From Octopus sinensis (Eukaryota): DNA of 64,000 nt. The translations under genes were made by a program, and so were the position numbers. The stretch spans positions 117,552,001 to 117,616,000 of the forward strand of contig NC_042997.1 of NCBI RefSeq assembly GCF_006345805.1. The letters are read 5' to 3'. Below are positions 24,315 to 38,941 of the stretch, in pieces (position 1 is the first letter of the stretch; every line of letters starts with the position of its first letter). The notes under the pieces are model-generated. The model worked only from the letters and a program-made list of their open reading frames with translations, made no database searches and was not told the DNA's origin.

Positions 24315-25014
24315 CCCTTGAACGGTACCTAATAGTGTGATTGAGCTTATTTCCGAAATTTCTCTTCCCTTTCATATCCAGGTTTTAAAGACTTGCTCTA
24401 CATTTTGGCTATAGACCACATAAAATGTTTACGGTTTGTTGAAACTGATCAAACACCTACACTAATTTGGGACTAAATACTCCGTATATTATGATCGCTC
24501 GGTGTTTTATCAACAAAGTAGACTACAGTTCGCTGAATAGTTATAATAATACTGAAACATGCTGTTGTCCTAACCTGTGGACCTTGGGGCAAGTTTGGGT
24601 AACTTTGGCATTTTAATCCATTGGAACCTCTGCTGCTAATTCCAACCTCAGGTTGAAATCCACGAGACAGCTTTATTGTACTTCGAATTCTTACTACTTT
24701 GAACTGAAAGTCGTGTCTCGGATAATTTCTTTGAAACATTCATCTCAATTAGCTGGGCTTTTCGACATGACAAAGAAACTAGAAAAATTATTTTTAAATG
24801 TTGAAAGTATTTAGGTTTCGGTGCTGTTTCCTCTTTCTGTATTTAGTTGATCCAACACCGAGTTATGTTCTTTAAATTCCGCATAATAACCTTCCCCTAC
24901 AGTAATCTCTTGCGAAAGACAAGAACTTTTGGTATGTCTCGTAGGTTTGTTTGTTTCTTGACTATTTTGCAAAAGTAAGACTGTTACTTGACATGAATAC
25001 TTTCCAAGAGTAAT

Positions 25015-25288
25015 CCGCTAAGTTACGGGGACGTAAACACACCAGCATCGGTTGTCAAGCGATGTTACGGGGACAAACACAGACACACAAACATACAAAC
25101 ACATACATATATATATACATATATACGATGGGCTTCTTTCAGTTTCTGTCTACCAAATCCACTCACAAGGCTTTGGTCGGCCCGAGGCTATAGTAGAAGA
25201 CACTTGCCCGAGGTGCCACGCAGGGGGAATGAACCCGGAACCATGTGGTTCGTAAGCAAGCTACTTACCACACAGCCACTCCTACGCC
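25015..25288 (-). mobile_element. SINE group A, 3'-truncated
   Basis: Reverse complement of the 5' part of 23913-24314. Confidence 0.85.
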
Positions 25289-26636
25289 TAAACTTTTTTC
25301 AAGCGGGGTACTCTTTCATCATCTCAGGCAGTGTTGACGTACCCCATGTAAATAATGCATTGTTACATGGTTGGATACATGAAGTAATCAACAATCACTA
25401 TTTGTCGTTCCTTGAATTTAATTTTAGGAGTTCAAATTCCGCTGTAGTCAGATCTGATTTCCATCATTCTGGGGTCGTTATAGCAGTGAAGAAGTAGGGT
25501 CGATGTAACCGATTGTTCCTCACGCGAAAATTCGAACTTTGTGCCTATGCAAGAAATCGATTTCATTAAATTTAATGTTACCTATTTAATGACATGGACT
25601 AGTTTGGTGCTTTCTGGCGAGTAAATCCATTTTAGACACAGTTTTAGAGAGGCGCACCGACATATCACCCTTAATTAAGAATCTGTCATGAATTTGATTT
25701 TTGTTATGACATTGCTGGAAACAGTCCTCATTCACATTGATATGTTAGTGAAAACATCAAAAATTTCTCCGCACAATTTTCAGACACACGAGTTACATTT
25801 ATTTGCCTGTAATTACGTCAAGCATCCAATGTTTTTGCAAACCTAGCGAACTCCGCACAGAATCTATTGCGTAACTCAGTTTGGGAAAACCCTTGTAATT
25901 GACATTGTAATTGTTTCATTAACATGATTCTCCTCACGTTTGCAGGTATTACAATCGCTGTCTATATAAATAAAATTATGCAAAACAAATCGAAAGTTGA
26001 ACAGTCAGATATCAGTAGCACGTTCTATAGATACGAAAATGGCTTTATATCGCAATAGTGTGAGAGATATTGAAATGGATGGATAGAGATAAGAAGAGAT
26101 AAAGGGATACTAAAGAAATAAACAAATTATGATAAAACAGATATGTAGGATACATGGAGAGAAAAGAACAGAGAGAGATAAATAAAGGAAAGTATGCGAG
26201 ATTAAAGAGTGAGGATGGGTTTAGATGTTACTATCGACACTTAACAAGTACTTTATTTTATTAACTCCGAGGAATACAAAGTAACGTTAGCCTTGTGGGT
26301 GGGATTTGAATTCAGAATGCAAAGAGCTGGAAGAAATTTCGCTGACATTTCGATGCTCTAACAATTCTGCGAACCCAATTGACTGACATTCCGTCGGGTA
26401 CGTCGAAGAAGGTACCAAATGATCCGTTAAGTTGAACAGCCTGTTCGTGAAATTCACATGTAAGTGGCTGTGGCTGAATATTGCACAGAAACACGTGCCC
26501 TTAACGACCTAACGATCGTGAGCGAGTACCCTAACCACAAAGCCACACGACTTCACACAACTGATCAACTGCTAATGATAAAAATGGATACTTAGAAACA
26601 CGTGCGCGAGCGTTTATAGACAGGCGACGTGTAAAA

Positions 26637-26863
26637 GGCGGCGAGCTAGCAGAAACGTTAGCAGGCCGGGTGAGATTCTTAGCGGTATTTTGTCTGCCGT
26701 TACGTTCTGAGTTCAAATTCCACCGATGTCGACTTTGCCTTTCATCCTTTCGGGATCGATAAATTAAGCACCAGTTACGCACTGGGGTCGATGTAATCGA
26801 CTTAATCTCTTTGTCCTTGTTTGTTCCCTCTTTGTTTAGCCCCTTGTGGGCAATAATGAAATA
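26637..26863 (+). mobile_element. SINE group B
   Basis: Head, core and TTAGCCCCTTGTGGG tail. Confidence 0.82.
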
Positions 26864-27260
26864 TGACAGGTGACATATATATGATTCCTTATATCTCACA
26901 TTTAAACCTCAGAACAGGGGTAGCATTTTTGCTTGAAGACATCCCAGAACCATGGATTTTTTGTTTTGGCAATTTCAAAATCTAGTTATATGTTCTACCG
27001 TACACAGCACAACGAATATGACTTCATCGAACCTGATGCATATGCTTTGGTTATATTTAGGTAATACTTCAATTATTTTAACCGCTCCGGGTGGAGCCAA
27101 TATGGAAACCCTCAGTCACGTTAGGTGTGCAGATGGTATTAAGGAAAAGGAAAAGGTACCTCGATTGCGCAACTCAACAAAATCTTGTTGAGCATGTTCC
27201 AGTATGTTCCTAGTTATATAAGATGATTTTATTGTAGCATGTCCATTCACTTTATCTCAA

Positions 27261-27819
<559 letters not shown>

Positions 27820-28174
27820 TATGCCTCTAGTTAACATTACTGCAACATTGATAGAAAGACTTTTTTATTTCGATTGTAGAAATGTTAATAGCTTTCTTTA
27901 CAAATTCTTTACTTGTGCCATGTCGTCTTTGATAATGTTGATGAAGTTGTTAGATTTTTATATGTATTCGTTTTTGTTCATAATATATCATACAAATACC
28001 TTTGGACGCTTTTAACTATTGCAATTTTAACTTTATAATATATTCCATATCATAATACTGTTCACCGAACAAAACTAGATCGGAAAACCTTAGTTAATAA
28101 TACAATTACCCTACATTGAATTGCATTTGGTGTCGTTATCGTCCACATTCTCCTTTTTTCATCTGTTATCAATC

Positions 28175-28304
28175 CAGATCACATGGTTCCGGGTTCAATC
28201 TCACTGCATGGAACCTTGGGCTACAGTCTTTTATTATTATAGCCTCGGACAGATCAAAGAATTATAAATTTATTTGGGAGACAGAAACTGAAAGAATCCC
28301 TTCG

Positions 28305-28387
<83 letters not shown>

Positions 28388-28590
28388 CTTCACGTCTATA
28401 TTTGTGCCCTACTACCGCTTGACAACCGGTGATGGTTTATTTACGCACCCGTAATCTGGCGTTTCGGCAAAACAAGTACCTGAATTAACAAGAAAATAAG
28501 TACTAAGATCGATTCATTCGACTAAAAATTCTTCAAAGTGGTGCCCCAGCATGGCCACAGTCTAATGACTGAAACAAATAAAATATAGAA
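28175..28590 (+). mobile_element. SINE group A, degenerate
   Basis: Recognisable middle and tail (GGTGCCCCAGCATGGCCACAGTC...GACTGAAAC). Confidence 0.75.
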
Positions 28591-28705
28591 GATATACGAT
28601 CCCAATCGCAACTCGACTTTTCTGTTTCCTCTGACTGTTCGAAGTTTTGCACACGTCTTCGTTCTTTTATGATTATTTGTTCAGCCTTACTCAATTACAT
28701 CTTAT

Positions 28706-29097
28706 ACTAGCAATATAGCCGAGCGTTGCTCGGGCTTGTTTTCTTTTCGACCCTTTAGAATTGGAATCTTTGAAAAGTAAACAGTTTGCATTATGTAGCT
28801 AGTTATTCTCTTTAAGTGAACATTTTTCTGGTTGAAATACACCGAAAAATGGCGACACAGCAGTCAAAAAATCGTAAAAAATATGGATTTTCATAGAAAA
28901 AAAGCACCTTTTTTATGTAAATAATTTTTGGTGTTAAAATGGTCCGATTTTTTTTCTACGGAAGGAGAGCAAGCTTTCTTCTATCATACTCTCAATTTTG
29001 GTCATCTTGCGCCGCAGGGTCTCGGAGGAGATAGTGTTAGTTGAAGGCTAATAAACCTGCCACACACAGACAACTTCAGCTTTATATATAGAGAGAT
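28706..29097 (+). mobile_element. Non-autonomous Helitron-like element, copy 2
   Basis: High similarity to 27261-27819 and 46488-46878. Confidence 0.65.
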
Positions 29098-29849
29098 TTT
29101 TCTACATCGCGAATGTTTCGTTCGCTCTCTTATCTGTTGGCAAATTTTCTGTCTTCTTCATTAATTCTCTAAAGTGTATCTTTCCATACTTTGTGTTGGC
29201 CTCAGTTTTTTTTTTTCCAAATTCTTAGTCTCCGGCTCCATAGAGAATTGCTGTTATGATATATAGGTCAAATTTACTATACTTCATGCACAGTTGAATT
29301 TTATTTCGTGCTATAACTTTAACAGAACTACACTGCAAACCACGAATTGTTTAGGCTTTCTTTAACTGAGTTCATTTACCTCTTAGAAGCTACGCGAAAT
29401 AGATACAATCGTAAGTTGTTATTATAGTATCATGGTTAACTTTTGTGGGGTTTTTTGTTGCATAGTCTTTAGTTGTGATATTTTTCTTCTTCAAAGTAAG
29501 TTTAACTTCCACTGTTTTACCTTCACTGCACACGTCATTTTACATATATTCCAGTCACTGAGTAACAACAGTGCGGATTACATCGTTTGAAAAACATTAC
29601 TGACGAAAATATTCACCAATTACATTTATCCTTTTCAATTGCAATTAAATATTTTTTTTTTATTAAGGGAAACCAGGAGCTGTTTTAAAACATTCGAGAC
29701 GTATTTGTATTTGTATGTTGTATGTATGACTCATACACTCACAAAGGCAGTTTACTTTGTCATATTGTCTTTGTATATTTGTGTGTGTGTGTGTGTGTGT
29801 GAGAGTGTGTGTATGACTGTATGTAACTACGCATGCAAGTGTGTGTGTG

Positions 29850-29895
<46 letters not shown>

Positions 29896-29899
<4 letters not shown>

Positions 29900-30040
29900 T
29901 AATACTAAGCAATAAAGGGTTTAGCAACGAATTGCCTTACCACATACCGAATTTAGAAATAGCATTATTATAGCAAATTCTAAATTCGGTATGTGGTAAG
30001 GCAATTCGTTGCTAAACCCTTTATTGCTTAGTATTACTTA
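29896..30040. repeat. Perfect 63-bp inverted repeat with a 19-nt loop
   Basis: 29896-29958 is the exact reverse complement of 29978-30040. Confidence 0.92.
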
Positions 30041-30178
30041 AATTTTCCTCGAATGAGGCTTTTACATGCCGAAGACTACTTGGTGTAATTGATAATTATT
30101 CCAAATTAATTAATTTCACCCTTCATTATATATATATATATATATATAATACACATCTGTATATGCATATATGAATGT

Positions 30179-30216
<38 letters not shown>

Positions 30217-30269
30217 ATATATATGTATGCATGTATTTATGCATGTGTAGTTACATATATCACACATAC

Positions 30270-30432
30270 ATACATACTACACACATGCATACATACATAC
30301 ATACATACATACATACACACATACATACATACATACACACATGCATACATACACATACATACATACATACATACACACATACATACATACATACATACAT
30401 ACATACATACATACATACATACATACATACAT
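30270..30432. repeat. (TACA)n microsatellite
   Basis: Visible run. Confidence 0.95.
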
Positions 30433-30499
30433 GCCAAACCGAAGCAACCGAGATGGAAAACAAAACTTGAAGAAAGCATCAACAATCTACGCCGCCATT

Positions 30500-31845
30500 T
30501 TCGATGGTTAACCCCGATATGCAGTCTCCTGCATATCATAGGCCTTTAATGAGGACTTGACACAATCCATAAATCGCAGCCTTGGTTTCTGCCGAGGTCT
30601 GTTTCCATTCACAAGATCCCCATATAGCATCTACTAAGATATCCTGCTTTCCTTCATTCTAATAAGGTATCCAGTCCAACGTAACTGGTGTTTGTGCACC
30701 ATCGCCTCAATACTCAAGATATCAGCTGTCCTCAGGACCTGTGTGTCTGGAGTTTTTAAGGTCCAGCCAACATTCAGAATGTGCCTGAGACATCTCTGAT
30801 GAAAGCGTTTAAGGACCCTTACTTGGCGTTTGTAAAGGGTCCATGTCTCACATGAGTAAAGGAGTGATGTTAGTACACATGCACGGTACACAGCAATTTT
30901 TGGTTGCCTTGTGATGCCCTGCTGGGACCAGACACGAGACTGAAGAGTCCGTGTTCATCGCAAAGCTCCAGCAGCATGAGACCATTGCTATTCATTTTCC
31001 TTACTCCAAAACGTCCTAGAAAATTCCATGTTTGCCAGTCTGTTCCAGCCCTGGCATTGAAATCCCCCAGTAGAATGACTTTATCAGAATTGGGGATTTT
31101 CTTAAGTATGGCTCTCAGCTGAGTATAAAATATACTTTTATCTTCATCATAGCTAGTCAAAGTAGGTGCATATGCACTTATTAGAGTAGCAAACCGCCCA
31201 CCTTTCAGGTGCAATCGCAGAGTCATTAGACGTTCATTTATAGGAGCAGGAAGCTCCTCTAGCCTTTTAAGGATATCAGATCGGATTGCAAAACCAACAC
31301 CCGCCTCGCTGCGCTACCCCTTCTGCCTCCCTTTCTAAAATAAAGGTGTATCCACCTCCTACTTCCTCAAGCTGGCCATCACCTTCTATACGAGTCTCTG
31401 AAAGTGCAGCTATATCAATGTTATAACGGTTCGGCTCGCGGGCAGCAAGTGCAGTGCGTCTTTCAGGCCTACACTCACTTTTGTTATCCAACAGAGTGCG
31501 CACGTTCCAACATGAAATGTTCAATTCCGTCCAGATTTTGTAAATAAAAGTCTCTTTTTTTTTCGAGTGCAGGGTGGACATCCGTCAGTCGCGCTAAACT
31601 GATCAGATATAGAAAGACAGGCAATTTTTGGTTCACCTTTTCTAGAACCTCCCTGACCACCCGGTGAGTAGTGCCCTTTCCAAATGGCGCTGCTCAGACA
31701 CCCATGCAGCAACCGAATCCTACCGCTGTTTTAGGCGACAAGGGGACGACTTTGTATCTAGCATAAGCCGCCTACGTGCAGGTCGCTGACTACAAGCTTT
31801 CAACGCGTCAGGTCTGCATGCTTCACCACCATCGCTGCAGGACTT
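30500..31845 (-). mobile_element. RTE/BovB-type LINE with 5' UTR, EN N-half and ORF C-terminus; RT deleted
   Basis: ISCWNVRTLLD...IAALSETR...LISAYAPT...LLGDFNARAG...NSNGLMLLELCDEHG joined near 30946 to RVWSQQGITRQPKIAVYRACVLTSLLYSCETW...QLRWTG. Confidence 0.88.
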
Positions 31846-32297
31846 CCGAATAAAAATAGAATAAAATATATATAAAAATATATAAACATATACTAAAAAA
31901 AATAATTAATATATTTAGGCACATATCGAGCAGAGGTCAGCAATGCCTGTGCAGAGTTTTAGGTCCAATAAGGCTGCACGTCACCTCAAATACCCTCTCC
32001 ACTTTATTGACATTAACCAGAAACAAGCCAGAGCAAGATGTCTGGTGCCAATATGAGTCGCAGGCTAAAGGATGTGAGAGCGCCATGATCTCTGACACAA
32101 ACCACAGATCCCCAAAATGTCCAATGCCATTCCCTGCATATCTGGTTTTATATCAGAGTGACTTTCTCCTAGAGACATGCTTCAACAGAAGCTGAGGGGT
32201 ACCTCACAAATCTTTAGATACTTAAAACTTTAACGTAGTTCGACGCGAACTTGCAACGAGACACGTTGTATTTTGTGTAGTTGGTATCATCCTGAAA

Positions 32298-33040
32298 ATG
32301 GGGAGCCAAGACGAACATCATCGACCCCTCATGCTTTTTTTTTTTTAGAGAAAAAAAGACAAGAAAGTGGAGAAAATTTGCAAGAAGATATACGCTATGT
32401 ACTAAGAGGATACTATTAGAAAACAAGTGTGCTAGGAGTGATTCTGAAGATTTTTCCGCTGAAATTTTTCCTCCGAAAATGCACCTCGCTCTGGCCGACC
32501 AACTGTGATTAACAGCGACAAAATGAAGGAGTTAGTCGTCACCAATCTCCATTATATAACCAGAATGATCGCAAATCTTCTCCAAATATCCAAATCAAGT
32601 GTTGAAATATCATCAGTATCAACTTGATTACATCAGCAAGCTCACATCAATTGAATGAGGCTAACCTCGCCCAAAGAATGTCCATCTGTGATTCGTTACA
32701 AAAGCCTGAAGTAAACGTTGCTTTTTAAAAGAGATTGGTGACGAAACGAAGAATGAATCATCTATAACAATGTAAAGCGCAAACGATCATGAGGAAGCGC
32801 CGTGAACCACCAGAAACAACCTCCAAAGCAGGACTTTAACTGAAGAAGTTTATGCTTTCAATTTGCTATGATTGGAGGAGTGTTGTCTTTTACGAGTAAT
32901 AATGGATATGCCTACAAGATGGCAAAAGAAACTGGAGCGAAATGGTAATTATATCATCAATTGAATAAATCGGTTTGTTTAAAACTTGTGTCTTACTTTA
33001 GCTTAAAATAGGCTGAACGGACTTTTTAGTCAACCTGATA
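32298..33040 (+). mobile_element. Mariner element relic: transposase pseudogene with internal deletion and right TIR
   Basis: MGSQDEHHRPLMLFFF...APRSGRPTVIN...RMSICDSL...IYNNVKRKRS...then C-terminal PTRWQK...NGNYIIN*; TIR-like GACTTTTTAGTCAACCTGA-TA ending about 33040. Confidence 0.85.
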
Positions 33041-33211
33041 TACAAACAAAAATTATTGTATATGTGTCTATTTTCGCTTCCATTTTCGCCGTTCAAATTC
33101 ACTCGGAGGCATTGGTCGGCCTATGATTACAGGAGAACGATATTTCGACTAAACCATTCAGGAAGGCGTCCCAACATGGTTCCACTCCAATAATTGATTT
33201 TGTTTGTTCCT

Positions 33212-33446
33212 TCTCAAGCCATGCCTGGCTCATAGGGCCGGATTCCGTCGCAAGTGAGCTGCAGGAGGAAAGAGTGAGAGAAAGCTGTGGCGAAAGAGTC
33301 AGCAGAAGTTCACCATTATCTTCTACTAGAGCTGCATGTAGCTTAGGTGTTTCGCTCATAAACACACACTTTGCCCGGTCTGAGATTCGAACCCGTTATC
33401 CCTTGACTGCGAGTCCGCTGCTCTAACCACTAGGCCATGTGCCTCT
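33212..33446 (-). mobile_element. SINE group C, internally deleted
   Basis: Head and tail match group C. Confidence 0.75.
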
Positions 33447-33996
33447 ACTCCTATAATTGATTGAAGTAAAATAAGAGAAACAAACAAGCCGTGACACATC
33501 TATAAAACGTATCTCAAAGACAAAGCGATACGTTACAAAGACAGCTGAAGCCCATTTTATTTACTATTCAAATCAATTTAGAGATAAATAGGATAACATA
33601 CGTCAACAGGATAACAACTGTATATTGCTCCAAATGCAATATAAGTCCTAAATCTTTTGAATATTACCATTATGCAAGGGTTTTTTTTTTTATTAATTTT
33701 TACACAATTTTATCGTCGCGAGAGCAAAACTATATTTTGTATACAATTTTATGACAAGTGAAGTATGAAAATTTTGAGAAACATTTTGTTTTATTGAAAA
33801 CAAGTGAATCAGCAAAATTTATGTTATATAACAATAAATAACAAATAAAAGTATTAAAATATATAATCGTCGGTATTATTCTTGTTTCTATTCAGAAAAT
33901 GAAAAGGTTTTTTTTTGCTGTTTTTTTCTCTGCTTTTACATTGTAAATGTTTTTAAAGACCAGAATCACCTGATCGTCAAGTAATACGAGATATTT

Positions 33997-34682
33997 AAGG
34001 CGGCGAGCTGGCAAAAATTTTAGCACGCCGGGCGAAATGCGTAGCCGTATTTCGTCTGCCGTTACGTTCTGAGTTCAAATTCCGCCGAGGTCGACTTTAC
34101 CTTTCATCCTTTCGGGGTCCATTAAATAAGTACCAGTTACGCACTGGGGTCGATATAATCGACTTAATCCGTTTGTCTCTCTTTGTTTGTTCTCTCTGCG
34201 TTTAGCCCCTTGTGGGTAGTAAAGAAATAGATTAACACACCAGCGTGGTAGCGTTTGTTTTAAAAAAAGGGAGGTGAGCTGGCAGAAACGTTAGCATGCC
34301 GGGTGAAATGCGTAGCCGTATTTTGTCTGCCGTTACGTTCGGAGTTCAAATTCCGCCGAGGTTGACTTTTCCTTTCATCCTTTCGGGTTCGATTAAATAA
34401 GTACCAGTTACGCACTGGGGTCGATATAATCGACTTAATCCGTTTGTCTGTCCTTGTTTGTCCTCTCTGTGTTTAGCCTCTTGTGGGTAGTAAAGAAATA
34501 GATATTTCGTCTGTCGTTAGTTTTGAGTTCAAATTCCGCCGAGGTCGACTTTGCCTTTCATCCTTTCGGGTTCGATTAATTAAGTACCAGTTACGCACTG
34601 GAGTTGATATAATCGACTTAATCCGTTTGTCTGTCCTTGTTTGTCCTCTGTGTGTTTAGCCTCTTGTGGGTAGTAAGGAAAT
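33997..34682 (+). mobile_element. SINE group B composite of three units with an 18-bp flanking direct repeat
   Basis: AAGTAATACGAGATATTT at 33979-33996 and 34683-34700. Confidence 0.88.
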
Positions 34683-34722
34683 AAGTAATACGAGATATTT
34701 CTTTTTTCGAAGTATTCATAAA

Positions 34723-35352
34723 GGCACAGGTGTGGCTATGTAGTTAAGAATCTCGCTTTACAACCATGTGTCGTGGAGGCGCGTGGCTTAGAGGTTAGGT
34801 TGTCAGCACCATGATCGTAAGATTGTGGTTTCGATTCCTGGACAGGGCGACACGTTGTGTTCTGGAGCAAAACACTTCATTTCACGTTGCTCCAGTCCAC
34901 TCAGCTGGCAAAAGTGAGTAACGCTGCGATGGACTAGCGTCCCGTCTAGCTGGGAAAACATACGCCATAGAAACCGGGAGACCCGGCCCATGAGCTTGGC
35001 TAGGCTTTAAAAGGGCGCATTTATTATTACTGCGTCGCACCTTAGGAAAGTGCCTTCTACTCAGCCCGATCAACCTACAGATTTTTGAGTGAAATCGGTT
35101 GACGAAAACTGTAAGGAAGCCCGTTATATATGTGAATGTATGCGTCACTGTGTTTGTCCTCCACCACAGCCTAACAACCGGTGTTGGTGTATTTACGTCC
35201 CCGTAACTTAGCGGTTCGGCAAAAAAAAACAATACAATTAGTACCAGATTTCAAAAATAAATTTAATACTGGGGTCAATTTTTTCGATTAAAACCCTTCA
35301 AGACGATGCCCCAGAATGGCTGTAGCCCAGTGACTGAAATAAATAAAAGATA
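34723..35352 (+). mobile_element. Degenerate SINE group A with a nested CORE+V-type SINE (about 34775-35027)
   Basis: Group A head is interrupted after CAACCATGTG and resumes at TACTGCGTCGCACCTTAGG. Confidence 0.75.
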
Positions 35353-35820
35353 AAAATAGATATAGTTCTATATTTAAAAGATGAGGAATTATGTACATTA
35401 TTTACATTTTTACATTTGATGGTTATTTGTCCTCATCTTGATGAGGACAAATATCCGTAAAATGTAAATAATATAAAGATAAATATCTTGTTTTTTTTTT
35501 TGCTTTTTGTTGTTTTTTTTTTTGGTGAGGAGTCGTTTGTTTGTTTTCCTTTAAGAATTTTCAAAAAAAACTTCCACTCATGATGTGTTAATAATTCATG
35601 ATGTTACGAAAGGCAATTCACAAAAGCTAACGTTGGCAATTTATATTTAGATTCTTTTTTTGAAATAAAGTTAGAAAACTAGAAATCTTCAAAAATAAAA
35701 TTCTAAACGATTAACTGAATTCAATATACTTGTGTACTTTTTTAGAATATATAATTTCATTTAAATATTTTCAGCCATTCGTACGTACACAAACTTAGAT
35801 GCATACGTATATATATATAA

Positions 35821-36402
<582 letters not shown>

Positions 36403-37102
36403 ATACACACATATACACATACACACAGGGTACGATGGGTAAATTGTCGCTATTTTATATTTATAATTTGGCGCATGCGCATTGTTTATTTTTGATTTTG
36501 TCGACAGCATCATGACACAACAATTCTCTCTGCTAAGAATTTGGAAACGACATACTGTACTGCTTGGCATTCGCGCCCGAAGCTCCAATACGAACAATTC
36601 AGAGTTTGGGGGCTTCAATCTGAGGACATGTACCGAGAATGATAAAAATTAAACATTCAGTCAGAATGAATTTCATTTCAATAATTAGCATACAAAACTA
36701 CATTAATACACCAAATTTGAAATCAGTTGGAACAAAATTGAAGGAATTGAAAAGTGAAAGACAAACAAAAAAAAATCCAATATTTTAATTCTTTTATCCG
36801 TTTTATTAATTGTTTTTTACTTTTCTTTTTATATCTTGCTATTAATTCATCCATTGAATATTTAATGTTAATTTTTCAGTGTGAAAATATTTTAAGGATA
36901 ATGACATGTTATTTTTCACTTTAAAATCTAAAGGTAATTTAATTTTTCTTGAACAGGTTTTTTAGGTGTAAACTTAATTTAAGTCTATAGTATTTTTAAG
37001 TATCTAAGAAGAGAGAGCTTGATTGTTTTTATGCCTAAAAGTGAAATCATAGTGACACATTACCAGAAACTACCTTCCTGTGTTAACATATGAAATTCTT
37101 AG

Positions 37103-37181
<79 letters not shown>

Positions 37182-37262
37182 ATATATATACCGGAGTAAA
37201 CACATAAATGTGAAACAAGGTGGAAAAAAGAGTACTCAAATACCAGTGGTAGAGTAATATGA

Positions 37263-37366
37263 TTTATTTTAAGCAGCAGAAAATTCAACAAATCTGTTAC
37301 TCTGAGTTTCTCGTTGAGAAACTCAGAGTAACAGATTTTGTTGAATTTTCTGCTGCTTAAAATAAA
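37263..37366. repeat. Near-perfect palindrome: 50-bp arms, 3-nt loop, one bulged T
   Basis: 37263-37312 versus 37316-37366; lies in a short element between (TA)n arrays. Confidence 0.9.
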
Positions 37367-37367
37367 G

Positions 37368-37399
<32 letters not shown>

Positions 37400-38607
37400 A
37401 GAGTTGCTACTTACCTCACCCACAGGAACTCAAGAGTAATTTTTAATTATGATAAAAGTGAAATTATATATCTTCTCCTGGGTCTCCTGTAGAGCGTTCC
37501 AGTTTTGCCCACTTTATTTTTATTATATACCACAGAATTGTATGATTCTTTAAAAGAAGTTGAGAAATTGTCATATTCTGATGATGATCCCAATTTGCAC
37601 ACTTCGTTTGATATTATTGATAACAATATAAATAAGCTAGATACAGCTCAATATAGTTGAAGTTTGATCCAGCCAAAACACTATTAATTCACTTCTATAA
37701 TTCAAAGATTATCAATTATCAGCGTGATGAAATATTTTTAATGAATCAATTATGAATGTCGTAAGAGAAGCTATTAAAATTTTCGATATTTGATTACAAT
37801 CATAGTTGAAGAGTGAATCTCATCTAAAATATTCATTGAAAATAATTACCTCATCATGGCACGCTACTGAAGCTAATTTCTGTATCAAAGAAACAACCAC
37901 TCCTTAACATATAAACATTTGAGATTGAATAACAAAGGGGTTATCATTGCTCAGTTTTCATATGATAGCTTGGCATAAGGGGATACAAGCACGGTCTGCC
38001 ATCAAGTTATGGAAACAATTCTGCATACAAATAGGTACAAATATAAGGTTATTTAAGGTTTAAAACTAAAATAGTTACATGTGGTGTGTCCTGGCGGCAA
38101 TTTATTGTAAGGAAGATAATTATTTCTAGCTCGATCATGCATGGATTAGAAGTTTGAATTTTAAACCGAAGATATATGGAATTGCATAGAATATACATTT
38201 TTTTATCTTACTACAAAGATTTTTAAATTTTTAGTCATTAAAAAATCATGTATAGCGCTATTTCATTCTTGTTAGAAATCGGAAGCATGACATCATCCGA
38301 GGCAAATAAATTAAACTATATTAAACATTTTACGAATCGAAACATTTCTTCATGAAAACGGATTAACACATACATGCACGTTCATAGAAGAGATCAACGA
38401 AGCGCTGACTAGACTGAACAGAAAGCAGTATGAAATTGGCAACAGTGATAACATCCTTCAAAATAAAACAATTTAGAGAATTAATAGACAAAGCAAGTTT
38501 ATGCCATAACATTGCTCAGTCAGGTTGTTTTGACAACTGAAATACAAAGGGTGACCTTCAGACAATGGCACTGGTTGTGATGCCATTAAAAATAACAATA
38601 ACATAGA

Positions 38608-38920
38608 TACGGACGTGACTGTGTGATAAGAAGTTTACTTCCAAGCCACATGGTCCAGGGTTCGGTCTAAATGTGAGGTACCTTAGGTAAGTGTCTTTTA
38701 TAACAGAGGGCCTTATGAATGTATTTGATAGACAGAAACTGAAAGGTCTTCATACGTGTGTGTCTGTGTGTGTGTGTGTGTGTCTGTGTCTGTGTGTGTG
38801 TGCGTGTGTGTGTGTGTTTGTTTGTTTGTTTATGTTTGCCTTTCACGACTTCTCGTTGGTGTGTTTATGACAGTAACCTAGTGGGTCGACAACAAACCGA
38901 CAGGAGAAGTACTCGGTTTT
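38608..38920 (+). mobile_element. SINE group A, degenerate
   Basis: Head and middle motifs recognisable. Confidence 0.65.
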
Positions 38921-38941
38921 TAAAATAATAACAATAATAAG

